A stretch of 41,955 nt of DNA from positions 29,546,581 to 29,588,535 of the forward strand of contig JBOZIK010000001.1 in NCBI GenBank assembly GCA_051453625.1. The letters are read 5' to 3'. Both the position numbers and the translations under genes were made by a program. Below, in pieces: positions 23,701 through 36,500 of this stretch. Below the pieces are notes generated by a model. The model ran no database searches, was not told the DNA's origin, and was given only the letters and a program-made list of their open reading frames with translations. How positions within the stretch are numbered: position 1 is the first letter of the stretch; each line of letters begins with the position of its first letter. Source of the DNA: Welwitschia mirabilis. Lineage: Eukaryota.

Positions 23701-24740
23701 TAACTTACAACTTCATTAACAGATTTGACTAAAGTAATCAATACATTTAATTTCAATGACAAATGCAAGGAAGCATTTCTCAGGTTAAAGTTACTACTCA
23801 TAACAACACTTTTCCTTAAGATCATAGATATAAACAAACCATTTACAATTATCACTGATGCTTCTACTCAAGGAATAGGACTCGTCCTTAACTAGGATGA
23901 TCAATTAATTGCTTATGAATCATGGAAGTTAAACTAGCATGGGAGGAACTATCCCATCCATGATTTGAAATTGCTAGCCATAGTATGTGATTTGACAGTT
24001 TGGATGTACTATCTTATGAGAAGTAAATTCCTTCTCAAAAAAAATCATAAAAGCTTGAAATATGTTTAGAAATAACCTCTTTTAAATGTGTGCCTTAGAA
24101 GATGGAGTAATGTACTTACAGAATACAACTTCAAATTATAGTACACCCTTGGAAAAGAAAACAAAGTATTAGATGCTTTGAGCAAAATATGGTGCATGTT
24201 AACCATCACTATTACATCTGACCTATCTACCTTTTTTAAAATGTCATTGACTAACAATCTATGCTTCAAAGAATTAAATTAACAAGTCCAAGAGGGAAAA
24301 GAAGTGGATACATATATGATGTTATGAGATGAATACCTATTAAAAAGAATATGTTTGTGCATTCTATAAGGTCTATGGAGAAGAAAGATAATGTTTGAAC
24401 TGCATGAAGTTCCATATGTAGTACATTTTGGATTCATCAAAAATTATCACCAACTATTAAAATACTACTTTGGTTTTAAACTAAAGAAGATTTAAAGAAA
24501 TAGATCTATAATTACCCTATATGTCAATAGATGAAGATTAATCAAGGAAAACCCATTGATCTCTTTTAACTATTGGAAATAACATAGTGAAAATGGAAGG
24601 AAATATCCATGGATTTCATCAGTAGATTACCTCTCACTACAAGATAACATGATGCAATTTTCATTTTTGTAGATATGTTGATTAAGATGGTTCATTTTAT
24701 TATAGTTCAAAGATCCATGTTGCAATGGGTATTTATGCAA
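20734..24740 (+). pseudogene. Chromovirus-like Ty3/gypsy gag-pol (gag, PR, RT, RNase H, integrase N-terminal half), decayed
   Basis: gag YEGKSGTREEAIFWIWQLKNYF and PWDIFIEEFKRKFIPKYF. Protease FLVDSNASHNFI (~22404). RT [55 protein letters not shown]. RNase H TDAST.GIG...IAYES.KL...NYPIHDLKLLAIV. Integrase KWKEISMDFI..LP....HDAIFIFVD. Truncated at 24740. The start position is approximate. Confidence 0.93.
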
Positions 24741-25819
24741 TGTTACATCCTGAGTAAAATCCTGTTAATCACAAATATAATGCATACACACCACATGTTG
24801 ATATAGACGGGAGTAATTCAAATGTTGTAATCCATCAAAGATCAATGTAGGAAATAAGAGAGTTTCTTTTCACAAAGAAATTCTTATACCCTAACTATAG
24901 AAATAACTTGCAATGTATGAAAGTAAAATGTAATAACTTGTACAAAGCTAATTTAGGAAAATAAAACAACAATGCACTTAATCTAAACTAATCAAGCATA
25001 ACCTTGATAAAGGTTGCCCTCATAACCTATATAACTAAAGAAACTATTACCAGTTTAGAAGCAACATAAGCTATAAGGATGAATAACAATCATACATTGA
25101 AATTAGAAAAAGTATATTTTGTATNNNNNNNNNNTATGAACCACTTTCATGTTATAAAATAGCCACATCTCAATGGAGAAAACATCATCCAACATCAAGG
25201 AAAATGTCTCTCTACAACTGCAAAGATGGATCTCTAGTCCTTCAATTCCATCATAAGAATTTTAGGTGCAAATGAAGATAAGCAGGAGTCGAGGATAAGA
25301 TCACTATTTATTGACTTATAAGCATACAATAAAATAGACAAAAAGGAATGTGTAAACCATAACGTTCTCATAAGAAGAAATGGAAACACATGTGATAGAA
25401 GATAAGTAAATTTTTAGTACAGATGTTACAATATTATTGTCTAGTTTGTCATCCAGATGATAGAAGAGATGATGCCACCTCATAATTAATCCACGTTAGC
25501 TATCAAGTTGATTATAGTTAGCATCCTTGTTGGTACTCTTTGCTCAGTTATTCATATAGTATCCAAATGATGTAGTGGATGATGATCTTTGATAGATCTT
25601 TAATCAGTGCATCAGCCTTAATGTTTTACAAGAAGTTGTCTTAGGAATGTAAAGTATTCAGAATTGTTAAGAATGCTATAAACCATCATGGAAATTACAT
25701 GTTTTCATTCTTTTTATCTTAGCTCTTAATTATCATAGAAATCAAGCATTGACTTATCTAATTACCTATAAAACAACTTGAAATATCCTATAAAATACAT
25801 ATAATTTATCAATATAACA
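24741..25819 (-). repeat. LTR of an Athila-like family (minus orientation)
   Basis: Termini tgttacat...atataaca. 24741-25595 is the reverse complement of 40808-41650, which is followed by an Athila PBS. For example aagcataaccttgataaaggttgccctcataacctatat (24995) pairs with ~41358-41395. Confidence 0.85.
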
Positions 25820-27160
25820 TCTTACTATTTGTGGTAAAAACAAGATCAGTGGTTTATAAATGAGTACTTTATATCTTGAAGTATTTTATAATTATTACAT
25901 TATCAAGTATTATTAGTTTGCAACCATCATTTGAGTTGATGCTCTAGATATAGCTATCATATGTTAATGTCAATTAGTACATTATCATTTTCATCAATGT
26001 TATTTAAATAAAATCATGATGTTTTATTAATTGAGAATTATGTGTCTTTAATTAAAAATAAAAAACTACTAGTAAGTGATTGAATTCAAATAGAATAGGC
26101 TCTAATGCAATCTCTGTTTTTCTATTTATTAAGTTAGACAATTTTAAAGTTATTAAACATATTTTTTCTATTTATCATAGAATCATAACATTAGATTAAT
26201 TAATTTAATCTTTTAAAAAATGATTTGTATTTCTTTTTTTTAAAAATAAAGTGTCAAGTTTTGAGAGTTTAACATTTAGGACCTAAGTAGTTTAATGTTT
26301 GTTCTCATGATTCTTTAGCTTATTGTAGTTTTTTTCCCTTAATTTGTTATGTTATATTGGTGTGCTTTTATTATGCACTTTATCTTTTGCCTTTAATGAA
26401 TTTATTACAATCTTTTAGATACTAAAATATGTTGTACTTTCTCTACTTGGCTTTTACTTTTTATTTTACATCCCTTAAAACCTTTAACTTCTTTCCTTTA
26501 ATTATCACATATAAACTAACTTTGGATTGAATTTATCTACCTCATGGATGTGGAATCTTTAAAGTCTTTAAAAGATTGGATTCGTTTGAAATGAATTTGT
26601 ATATTAAAAATATTTTTTCCATAAAACTAAAACCATAGTTCTAAATTTAATGCATACATTTTTCATGATGTTTAATTGGAATACATTTTTCATATGCTAA
26701 AATGATATGCCTTCTATGTTCAATAATGTAAGTATCATTTATACTTAAGTATTATGTTTCATATCTTTTTCAATTTGGCTTGTTTCTATTATTTTCCACC
26801 TTTTTTAGTTATGGAGTAATAAATTCTTAATGAAGGACTATGTTGTGAAGCCATATTGGCCATATTTAACATCATGTTTGGAGTATGTTTTAGATCTATT
26901 TAAGCAATTTTTTGATCAATTGAAAATAAAATTGGACTTGCTATTAGAATGAGTAAAAAAGAGTAGATTTCTAACATTTCTAACCCTTTAGAAATAATTT
27001 TTGAAACATGTTCCATTTATGTTTCTTAAGATAGTGTCTTAATATCCAGACAATAATGGAATGTGATAACATTAAAATGTTTTAGCAATTATCATAATGT
27101 CCAATTGGGACTTATATGATTAATTTGATGCATTTGAATTTATTTATTATGATTTGAAAT

Positions 27161-28149
27161 TGATAAGTCAATCTTCAACTAACATATCATGACTAAATCT
27201 GATTTTGATGAGAAACATTCATTGCTAAAAGTAAGTTACTATTGTAAAGTTACTATAGTATAGTTACCATAGCAAGTACTATAGCAATTACTATATCTAT
27301 AATCTACCTCATTGTCCATACAATAATTAGATGATGATACTAAGTTACTATAGTGGATCTACTATTATAAAGTTATTATAATAGGGTACTGTAGTAGCTA
27401 CTCTAGTTATCATTCACCTATTTGTCTAGACGATATTCAAAGAATGATAAATATTACATACAAATAGAAACCCCCCCTCCCCCCTTCTCTCCGTTTCCTC
27501 TAATAGTCATCCATCTTATCATCTAGATGATACAAGCAAATAATAATAAAGAATTACACTAGAAAGACATATAAAGTTTAGTTATCTACTATAAGAAAAA
27601 ATTACATTATAGCAATATCATCTCCTATCTCATCTGGATGACACCTAGAAGGAAGATAGCTTTAATGAATGTAAAACATATTCTATCTATTACAAAGTTA
27701 TTAATATGATCACATCTTGTTAGTTACTACTCCTTGCTAATCTAAACTAATAATCCAAAACTATAAATACCCCTCCTTAGGTATTTGATTTCGCATCTTT
27801 GGCATCAATTATTATTGTAATATTTGAGATTTATTTAGTAAGGGATCCATTTATCTTAGCAAAGAAGCTTATCTTGGTGTTGGACTATGTTTGTTCCATT
27901 GAGTAGTGACTNNNNNNNNNNNNNNNNNNNNNNNNNNNNNNNNNNNNNNNNNNNNNNNNNNNNNNNNNNNNNNNNNNNNNNNNNNNNNNNNNNNNNNNNN
28001 NNNNNNNNNNNCCAACTTATTAGCTAATAAAATAGCTAAGACAATTAAGGAAATCATCTCAAAAATATTTTTAAAATTTAATATAGATACATATACTGGG
28101 TTTTGAAAAATTAGATAGATTAAACATTTCACCTATCAAAAGCTTAACA
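27161..28149 (+). repeat. Putative LTR (SIRE/copia-like), boundaries tentative
   Basis: Starts tgataag and ends cttaaca, with ttttgatgagaaaca near the 5' end. Repeated tactatag and tcatctagatga motifs lie upstream of the TATA-like ctataaatacccc (27761). No TSD, PBS or PPT seen. Confidence 0.4.
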
Positions 28150-28489
28150 GTCAGTTATTTGGGTCACTGTCTAAATGATAAAGGGAAAGACATGCTTAGA
28201 AAAAGTTTTTGAAATCTAGAAATTGTGACAGAACTTTTATTTTTGTAGATAGTCAATAATGTAATTAAATAGCCTCCCACTAAATTAAGTAGTAATGAAT
28301 GAAAAATTACGCAAGTAAAATAAATCATCATCATAACATGTAAAAGAGTAAAAAATAAACAGGAAAAATTATATGCAAATTAATACATCATACTGGAAAA
28401 ATAAAGTTTCTATATCATATCAAAAGAAAGTTTTCAATACAAAAATGTATAAAAGGGAAGATACAGAATAATAATACAAAATCATTTCC

Positions 28490-31320
28490 CTCATCTATAC
28501 ATGATAATACAAAGTCAGGAGTAGAAGAAGAAGAAGAAGGATGCTTAGGATCTGTGGGGAAATGGAGGTCCAAAGATATAGAAATCGATTTGACTATCTC
28601 ATCACCCTCGACATGTACAGCCTCAGGAATGTCTACATTCACACTCTGCTAAATGAAAACGACATGCTAGTGCATGTTGACAATCTAGTCCTTAGTGTGT
28701 TGTACTCTCCTCTTAATAAATGGGACCCTATGATCTAAATTCTANNNNNNNNNNNNNNNNNNNNNNNNNNNNNNNNNNNNNNNNNNNNNNNNNNNNNNNN
28801 NNNNNNNNNNNNNNNNNNNNNNNNNNNNNNNNNNNNNNNNNNNNNNNNNNNNNNNNNNNNNNNNNNNNNNNNNNNNNNNNNNNNNNNNNNNNNNNNNNNN
28901 NNNNNNNNNNNNNNNNNNNNNNNNNNNNNNNNNNNNNNNNNNNNNNNNNNNNNNNNNNNNNNNNNNNNNNNNNNNNNNNNNNNNNNNNNNNNNNNNNNNN
29001 NNNNNNNNNNNNNNNNNNNNNNNNNNNNNNNNNNNNNNGGATCTGAGTCTCCTCTAGATAAATGTAGAAAAGTCCATATACTCCCCTTTTCTAAAAGTTG
29101 TCAACATCTATAGATATATAGCCATAGTGTAACTATTATGAAAGGACAGGCTGATGTTATGGATCAGTCCTCTATGCAAAACTTTGTATGCAAGAGTCAA
29201 TTGAGTAACATTTATCCCTTATCGATCAGTAGTTAGATTAACTAGTATATCTAAAATGGTATTATATGCTAGATATTCCTCAGTCCCACCAACTGAGTAT
29301 ATGTGCATGCTCCCAAGCCCACTAATAACTATTATGAAAGGATAAGCTGATGTTATGGATTAACCCTCTGTGTAAAACTTTGTATGCAAGATTCAATTGA
29401 GTAACATTTATCCCTCATCGATCAGTAATTAGATTAACTAGTATATCCAAAATGGTGTTATATGCTAGATATTCCTCAGTCCCACCAACTGAGTATATGT
29501 GCATGCTAAATGAAAATGACATGCTAGTGCATGTTGACAATCTGGTCCTTGGTGTGTTGTACTCTCCTCTTAATAAATGGAACCCTATGATATAAATTCT
29601 AGATCTTTGATCAAGTGATTGAATACCTCTATCAACAAAACCTCTAATACTCTCAGTGATCTCAATTAGGAGAGCCTGAATCTACTTAAGAGATGCTTCA
29701 ACTATAGGTCTCTAAACTTGAGGTCTCTCTGCCTCTTCTAGAACCTATATACCCATGTCTTATAAATAGCAAGCAGAGGTCTGAATGTGTAATAAATGCT
29801 ACTCATTCATTGGCTCTAGTATCCCAAATTATCTAAAGAGTGCTCAGAGGAGGAATGGATAACTAAGTATCTGAAGCTTTTGTGCCTCTACCATGGATCT
29901 GAGTCTCCTCTAGATAAATGTAGAAAAGTCCATATACTCCCCTTTTCTAAAAGTTGTCAACATCTATAGATNNNNNNNNNNNNNNNNNNNNNNNNNNNNN
30001 NNNNNNNNNNNNNNNNNNNNNNNNNNNNNNNNNNNNNNNNNNNNNNNNNNNNNNNNNNNNNNNNNNNNNNNNNNNNNNNNNNNNNNNNNNNNNNNNNNNN
30101 NNNNNNNNNNNNNNNNNNNNNNNNNNNNNNNNNNNNNNNNNNNNNNNNNNNNNNNNNNNNNNNNNNNNNNNNNNNNNNNNNNNNNNNNNNNNNNNNNNNN
30201 NNNNNNNNNNNNNNNNNNNNNNNNNNNNNNNNNNNNNNNNNNNNNNNNNNNNNNNNNNNNNNNNNNNNNNNNNNNNNNNNNNNNNNNNNNNNNNNNNNNN
30301 NNNNNNNNNNNNNNNNNNNNNNNNNNNNNNNNNNNNNNNNNNNNNNNNNNNNNNNNNNNNNNNNNNNNNNNNNNNNNNNNNNNNNNNNNNNNNNNNNNNN
30401 NNNNNNNNNNNNNNNNNNNNNNNNNNNNNNNNNNNNNNNNNNNNNNNNNNNNNNNNNNNNNNNNNNNNNNNNNNNNNNNNNNNNNNNNNNNNNNNNNNNN
30501 NNNNNNNNNNNNNNNNNNNNNNNNNNNNNNNNNNNNNNNNNNNNNNNNNNNNNNNNNNNNNNNNNNNNNNNNNNNNNNNNNNNNNNNNNNNNNNNNNNNN
30601 NNNNNNNNNNNNNNNNNNNNNNNNNNNNNNNNNNNNNNNNNNNNNNNNNNNNNNNNNNNNNNNNNNNNNNNNNNNNNNNNNNNNNNNNNNNNNNNNNNNN
30701 NNNNNNNNNNNNNNNNNNNNNNNNNNNNNNNNNNNNNNNNNNNNNNNNNNNNNNNNNNNNNNNNNNNNNNNNNNNNNNNNNNNNNNNNNNNNNNNNNNNN
30801 NNNNNNNNNNNNNNNNNNNNNNNNNNNNNNNNNNNNNNNNNNNNNNNNNNNNNNNNNNNNNNNNNNNNNNNNNNNNNNNNNNNNNNNNNNNNNNNNNNNN
30901 NNNNNNNNNNNNNNNNNNNNNNNNNNNNNNNNNATATCTATCTCGTGATCTCATATAAATAAAACAATCATATCCTATAGCTAACCACGAGCATCTAATC
31001 ACCTTTCAATATGCATAGTGTTGTAGAATTCCCTTATCTCTGATATGTTATATGATACATGTGCATCTATAATCTATTTAAGTCATAAGTATATTAACCT
31101 CTATTCAACCTCAAGCTTAATATGACTTATAAAATCACTAAAATATCACTCGATGCGTATACTAGCTATCTGAATCATTAAGGAACGAATGTGCTGAGGT
31201 GGCAGATGTGCAGGCTCTACATGCTCAATATTAGGCTTAACTATAGGAATCACTTCCTACTATATTGCCTCAGCCTTAGCCTTAGCATACCTAGCTCTAT
31301 GTCTACAGGGCTTACTCAAT
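28490..31320 (-). pseudogene. Athila env-like accessory ORF (putative plant transposon protein / Transposase_32-like), decayed, with internal duplications and gaps
   Basis: SYNISEIREFYNTM (~31015-31056), LTLAYKVLHRGLIHNI...FRKGEYMDFSTFI*RRLRSM...LSYPFLL*ALFR*FGI, a coiled-coil-like IQALLIEITESIRGFVDRGIQSLDQR and C-terminal PSSSSSTPDFV. It lies downstream of, and on the same strand as, the Athila pol. Confidence 0.75.
28648..29971 (+). repeat. ~857-bp tandem duplication with a nested 182-bp duplication
   Basis: 28648-28744 matches 29505-29601. 29039-29115 matches 29895-29971, identical by eye. 29130-29311 matches 29326-29507 with a few substitutions. Confidence 0.9.
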
Positions 31321-33509
31321 TGGAAACACAAAAATCATCACACAAAAATAGAAAGATATGTTATAAACATCACATGGATGTGCAATAACGACCCCTGAAA
31401 TCGATAGACGACTATGAAAGATATATAAAATATATCATGTCCTTTCTCTAAAAGTTGTAATGTGTCTAAAATTACCTAAATGGAAGAGAAAAATGATAAA
31501 TTCACAAAAAATGCCAAAACCCTAGTGGCCCCACATGAAGTAAAAATTCAAAGTGCTCAAATAAAAAATATAATCTGACAAAATTGTAAAACCCATCAAA
31601 CTAATCAAGTTTTCCTAAAGAACCACTACTTTTCGATCTACAGCTTATGAGAAAATGAGTGTAAAATGTGGAAATTTGAAAATACCCTATAAAATGCAAT
31701 AAATATTCATGACTCGAAAAATATGTAGTGAAATTCAAATCCATAAGTTCCAAACTAAAGATCATGAAAAACCAAGTGATATAGGTAAAAAGTGCATATC
31801 AAAAGGCTAAAAAATGGGAAAAAAAGTAAAAAGAAAGAGGAGAGAGAAACATACCTTATTTTTAAAAATTTACTAAGATTTGATGAATCTGGACAGAAAA
31901 GCTAGTGGGACAAATTCCAAAATGCTGATACAAGCTAGAGTAATTGTTATCTCTCAAATAAATAGGAAAAAATGATGAAAAAACAAGGAAACATTAGGAA
32001 AAAAGGTTTGAGTCATGATTTTGTCACACTATCATCCGATCACATCATCCAAACTATAACCCTAGGATGACTCTCAAAAAAATTAGACCATCATCTGCCC
32101 AATGTCATCTAGATGACTCAATGGACAATAAGCATGAAAAGGTTTTCAGAAAGAAAAATATCAGCTAGAAAACTTAGGCTCAGATATGATTATTTAAGTA
32201 GGAATTGTAAATAGAAAAACTCAGAAAACCAAGAAAAACAAAGGAAAAAGTACAAACACATAAAAAAGAAAAAACTATCGCTGAAGAAAACAGACTATCT
32301 AGGTTGAAACCTATAAGAAAAACTACATGAATGTACCTAGATAGAAAAGAAAATCATGGTAAACTTATAACTCTATAAGCTATTAGTTTTGTTTTAGTTT
32401 TCAAATGTTTAATGTAAAATGATATAACATAAAAGAATAGCAAGGAAACTACTAAATGATTAAATTCCTAGGAAAGAATGAGAAAATGTATAAATAACTT
32501 TAAAATCCTAAACTTAAAAAACTGAAGAAACATAAAGTAAAAATGGACACAAGGAACAAGAAGAATATTGTTTACCTATCCTAATTCCTAACCTAGCGAA
32601 CTCCCAAGGATGACATCATAAAGCCACCTGACTAAATATGCATCACAAAATGTATATACTTCATAACATTCACTCAAAAAGGCAGTGATTGTGGTGATAT
32701 CCAAAGATTCAAGTGCATAGAACAATAAAGGTTAAAATTAAAAGTTACTTAGAAATGGACTTACCTACTCTCCTCGCAAATACACCCGAATCTTCAAAAG
32801 TAAAATAACCAAGTGGGAATACTAAGAGTCTAGGAAATAATAAATGCCTCTGATAACACTACAAACACCACTGATCCCTAGCCATAAAGTTTATTTATTT
32901 TTCTATGATGAGGGGAGTGCAACCATTGTTAGAGGAGTAGGGACCCATGAAGCATGGCCAACTGACCCCCCAATAGAATTCCTACAAATACCAACACTAC
33001 CAAAGTTTTCTTTTAGAAATATTTACCTTAGTATGATAGAACATTATGGTGAGTATGTATTTTTCTTTCAAGCATAAAATATAATAGTTCATGATCTTTT
33101 TTTTATATTTGTTTTGAAAAATTCCTACATGATCACATACTAAAAAAATAAAAGTAAATAAGTGAGATAAAAGAAAAAAAAGAACACTCCTAAATAAACT
33201 AAGACCTTAACACCATTGAAAAAGGCATAAGGAACTAAGACATCTTCCTTAAAATAAAGTCCATAGACATTGGATCATCTTATTGGGTGAATCTAATCTT
33301 ACCACTATAAATACCCAAGTATAAATACTAGTTATTAAACTTCATAAAGAAATATATTAGTCAAGTTTAAAAGATGATCAGGTAACATCATAATATCAAT
33401 CAAAGAAGTAAGCTAACAAAGAACTCAGATAATAATAGGAAATAAGTACTCCTCATTAAGGAGAACCTCTAAAATAAGCACTTCTACTATGTTCATGGTT
33501 GCATCTAAG

Positions 33510-36500
33510 GATCCTTTATATAATTTCAACCATTATCCATTAACCTTCTGGATCTCTCTAGTCTTTAAGTTTAAAATCTTAACTAATCCATTAAGATGCA
33601 CTTTCTTTACAAGGTAATAATCTAGTCATTTAGAAATCAACTTATTATTCAAAAGATGAACTTTAGTATTGTATAATAAGACAAGTTAATTAAGTTCAAA
33701 GTTTTTATGAAATATCTTTTTATCATGTTTAAACGTCACTTGAAATTTATGGATTAATTGATAATGTATGACATGAGTTATTTTTTTATTAAGATGATCT
33801 AGTTGAACTAATCTATATTTAAGGTTTCCATGAAAATCCATAATATTAAGTTAATAAGATGCATGATAAGATATATAACACACATCAATATGTAATACAA
33901 NNNNNNNNNNNNNNNNNNNNNNNNNNNNNNNNNNNNNNNNNNNNNNNNNNNNNNNNNNNNNNNNNNNNNNNNNNNNNNNNNNNNNNNNNNNNNNNNNNNN
34001 NNNNNNNNNNNNNNNNNNNNNNNNNNNNNNNNNNNNNNNNNNNNNNNNNNNNNNNNNNNNNNNNNNNNNNNNNNNNNNNNNNNNNNNNNNNNNNNNNNNN
34101 NNNNNNNNNNNNNNNNNNNNNNNNNNNNNNNNNNNNNNNNNNNNNNNNNNNNNNNNNNNNNNNNNNNNNNNNNNNNNNNNNNNNNNNNNNNNNNNNNNNN
34201 NNNNNNNNNNNNNNNNNNNNNNNNNNNNNNNNNNNNNNNNNNNNNNNNNNNNNNNNNNNNNNNNNNNNNNNNNNNNNNNNNNNNNNNNNNNNNNNNNNNN
34301 NNNNNNNNNNNNNNNNNNNNNNNNNNNNNNNNNNNNNNNNNNNNNNNNNNNNNNNNNNNNNNNNNNNNNNNNNNNNNNNNNNNNNNNNNNNNNNNNNNNN
34401 NNNNNNNNNNNNNNNNNNNNNNNNNNNNNNNNNNNNNNNNNNNNNNNNNNNNNNNNNNNNNNNNNNNNNNNNNNNNNNNNNNNNNNNNNNNNNNNNNNNN
34501 NNNATTTTTAGCCTATCCATTAGTCTGAGGATGATAAGCATAATCTACTCTATGTTCTATACCAATGGACAAAAGAAGTTGCTGAAAAATATAATTAATA
34601 AAATAAGTACCCTAATTACTAATGATAACTCTAGAAAAACAAATCTCTAAAAGATATGAGTTTTAAAAAAATGATAAACAATCTAGGCATCATTCAAAGA
34701 AGTAGGTATAAATTCAACCCATTTAATTATGTAATTCATAGCCACTGAAATGTAATGCTTACAAAAGAAAGATATATGAATAGGGCCTATGAAATCAATA
34801 CCCCAATAATCAAAAGGCTTGCACTCAAAAATAAGTCTAAGGAGCATTTCCTGTAAATAAAAAATGCTACCATAACACTAATGAGGATTATATCTTCTAG
34901 TAAAATCAAAAGAATCATGAAAAAGAAAAGGCCAATAAAAACCAAAATGAAGGATTTTCATCATTATTTTATGTCTAGTAAAGTATCCTCCACGAATACT
35001 ACCATAATAAAGATGAAGGATTTTAGGTATTTTCCAATCAGGCACATACTTCCACATGATTTAATCTTTATACCTATGATACAAATGTGGCTCTATCCAC
35101 TTATAGTCTTTTATCCTATAAAGAAAAGTTTTGCGTTGAGTGTATATCTAATGTTGTGGTGTTTTCATGTCACAAGATAATTAATGATATCTACATATTA
35201 AGGAGGAGGATGAGAAAAAGACATGATAAAAAACTACTCATTAGGAAATGAATCATCAATAATAGAATCATCTGGAGAAGAATAAAAACAAGATAAATGA
35301 TTGACAATAGAATTATGCTTCCCTAATTTATCTATGATGGTTAATTTAAACTCTTACATAAGGAAGATCTATCTAATAAAATGTGCACTAGAATCTTTCT
35401 TAGTTAGAAGGTAATGATTGATAATATGATTGATATAAACATTTATATGAAATCCTAAAAGATAATGTCTAAGAGAATCAAAGCAAAAGATAATAGCTAG
35501 CATCTCTTTTTCTATACTAATATAATTTATTTAACCTCTAGACAAATATTTGATATGAAAATCATTTTCATATTTCTAATAAAGGATCCCACTTATCACA
35601 AAATTACTCATATCACACATAAGTTCAAAATCTTTTTCCCAATTAGGTATCGTTACTAGAGGATCATATGAAAGTTTACATTTAATCCTATCAAAAGAAA
35701 ATTAACAAGATTCATTCCATTTAAATTTGGTTTATTTCTCTAGTAACAAGTAAAGAGGTTTACATATATTAGCATAATCATGAATGAACTGATAGTAAAA
35801 AATACAATGATCAAGAAAAGATCTAAACTATTTAATATTTATAGGGAAACTTAGATTTTGAATAATAATAACTTCTAACTATTTAATATTTGTAGGGGAA
35901 TTTAGATTTTGAATAATACTAACTTTAGAAGTGTCCATCCTAATCCCTTCTTTCAAGATATGATGACCTAAAACAATTCCACTTTCCATAATAAATAAAC
36001 TCTTTTCCCAACTCAATTGTAGGCCACTAGAAATACAATGATCTAATACTTTCTCTAATCGATCTAAAATTTGTTTAAATATTTTAGCATAAATTGAGAA
36101 TTCATTCATAAAAATCTCAATAGAACCCTTAAGAATATCAGAAAAAATACCCATCATAGCATGCTAAAAACTATCAAGAGCATTACAAAGTCCAAAAGGC
36201 ATGCATCTAAAAGTGAAAGTACCAAAATAAGAAGTAAAAGTGGTTTTGGCTTGGTTCTCACTAGAAATGCAAACCTGGTTGTAACTTCTATAACCATTAA
36301 CAAAATAGTAAAATACATAAACTTGAACCTTATCAAGAATTTAATTAAGAAAAGGAAAAAGATAGTGGTCTTTTTCAGTTACCTCATTTAGTTTTATAAA
36401 GTCTATACACATTCTTCATTTCACATCTTTTTTATGAACTACCATTAAGGAGCTAATCCACTCACTATCAACAATTGAATAAATGATTCTAACATCCATT

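Noticed and set aside
25820-27160. AT-rich segment examined for a transposase or host exon
   Set aside because: No ORF or motif recognised on either strand. It is probably non-coding TE sequence and is left unannotated.
16566-36450. Idea that the minus-strand Athila pol is the inverted remainder of the plus-strand Athila cut at 16566
   Set aside because: The minus element has its own gag, protease and complete RT including the same region, with a different sequence.
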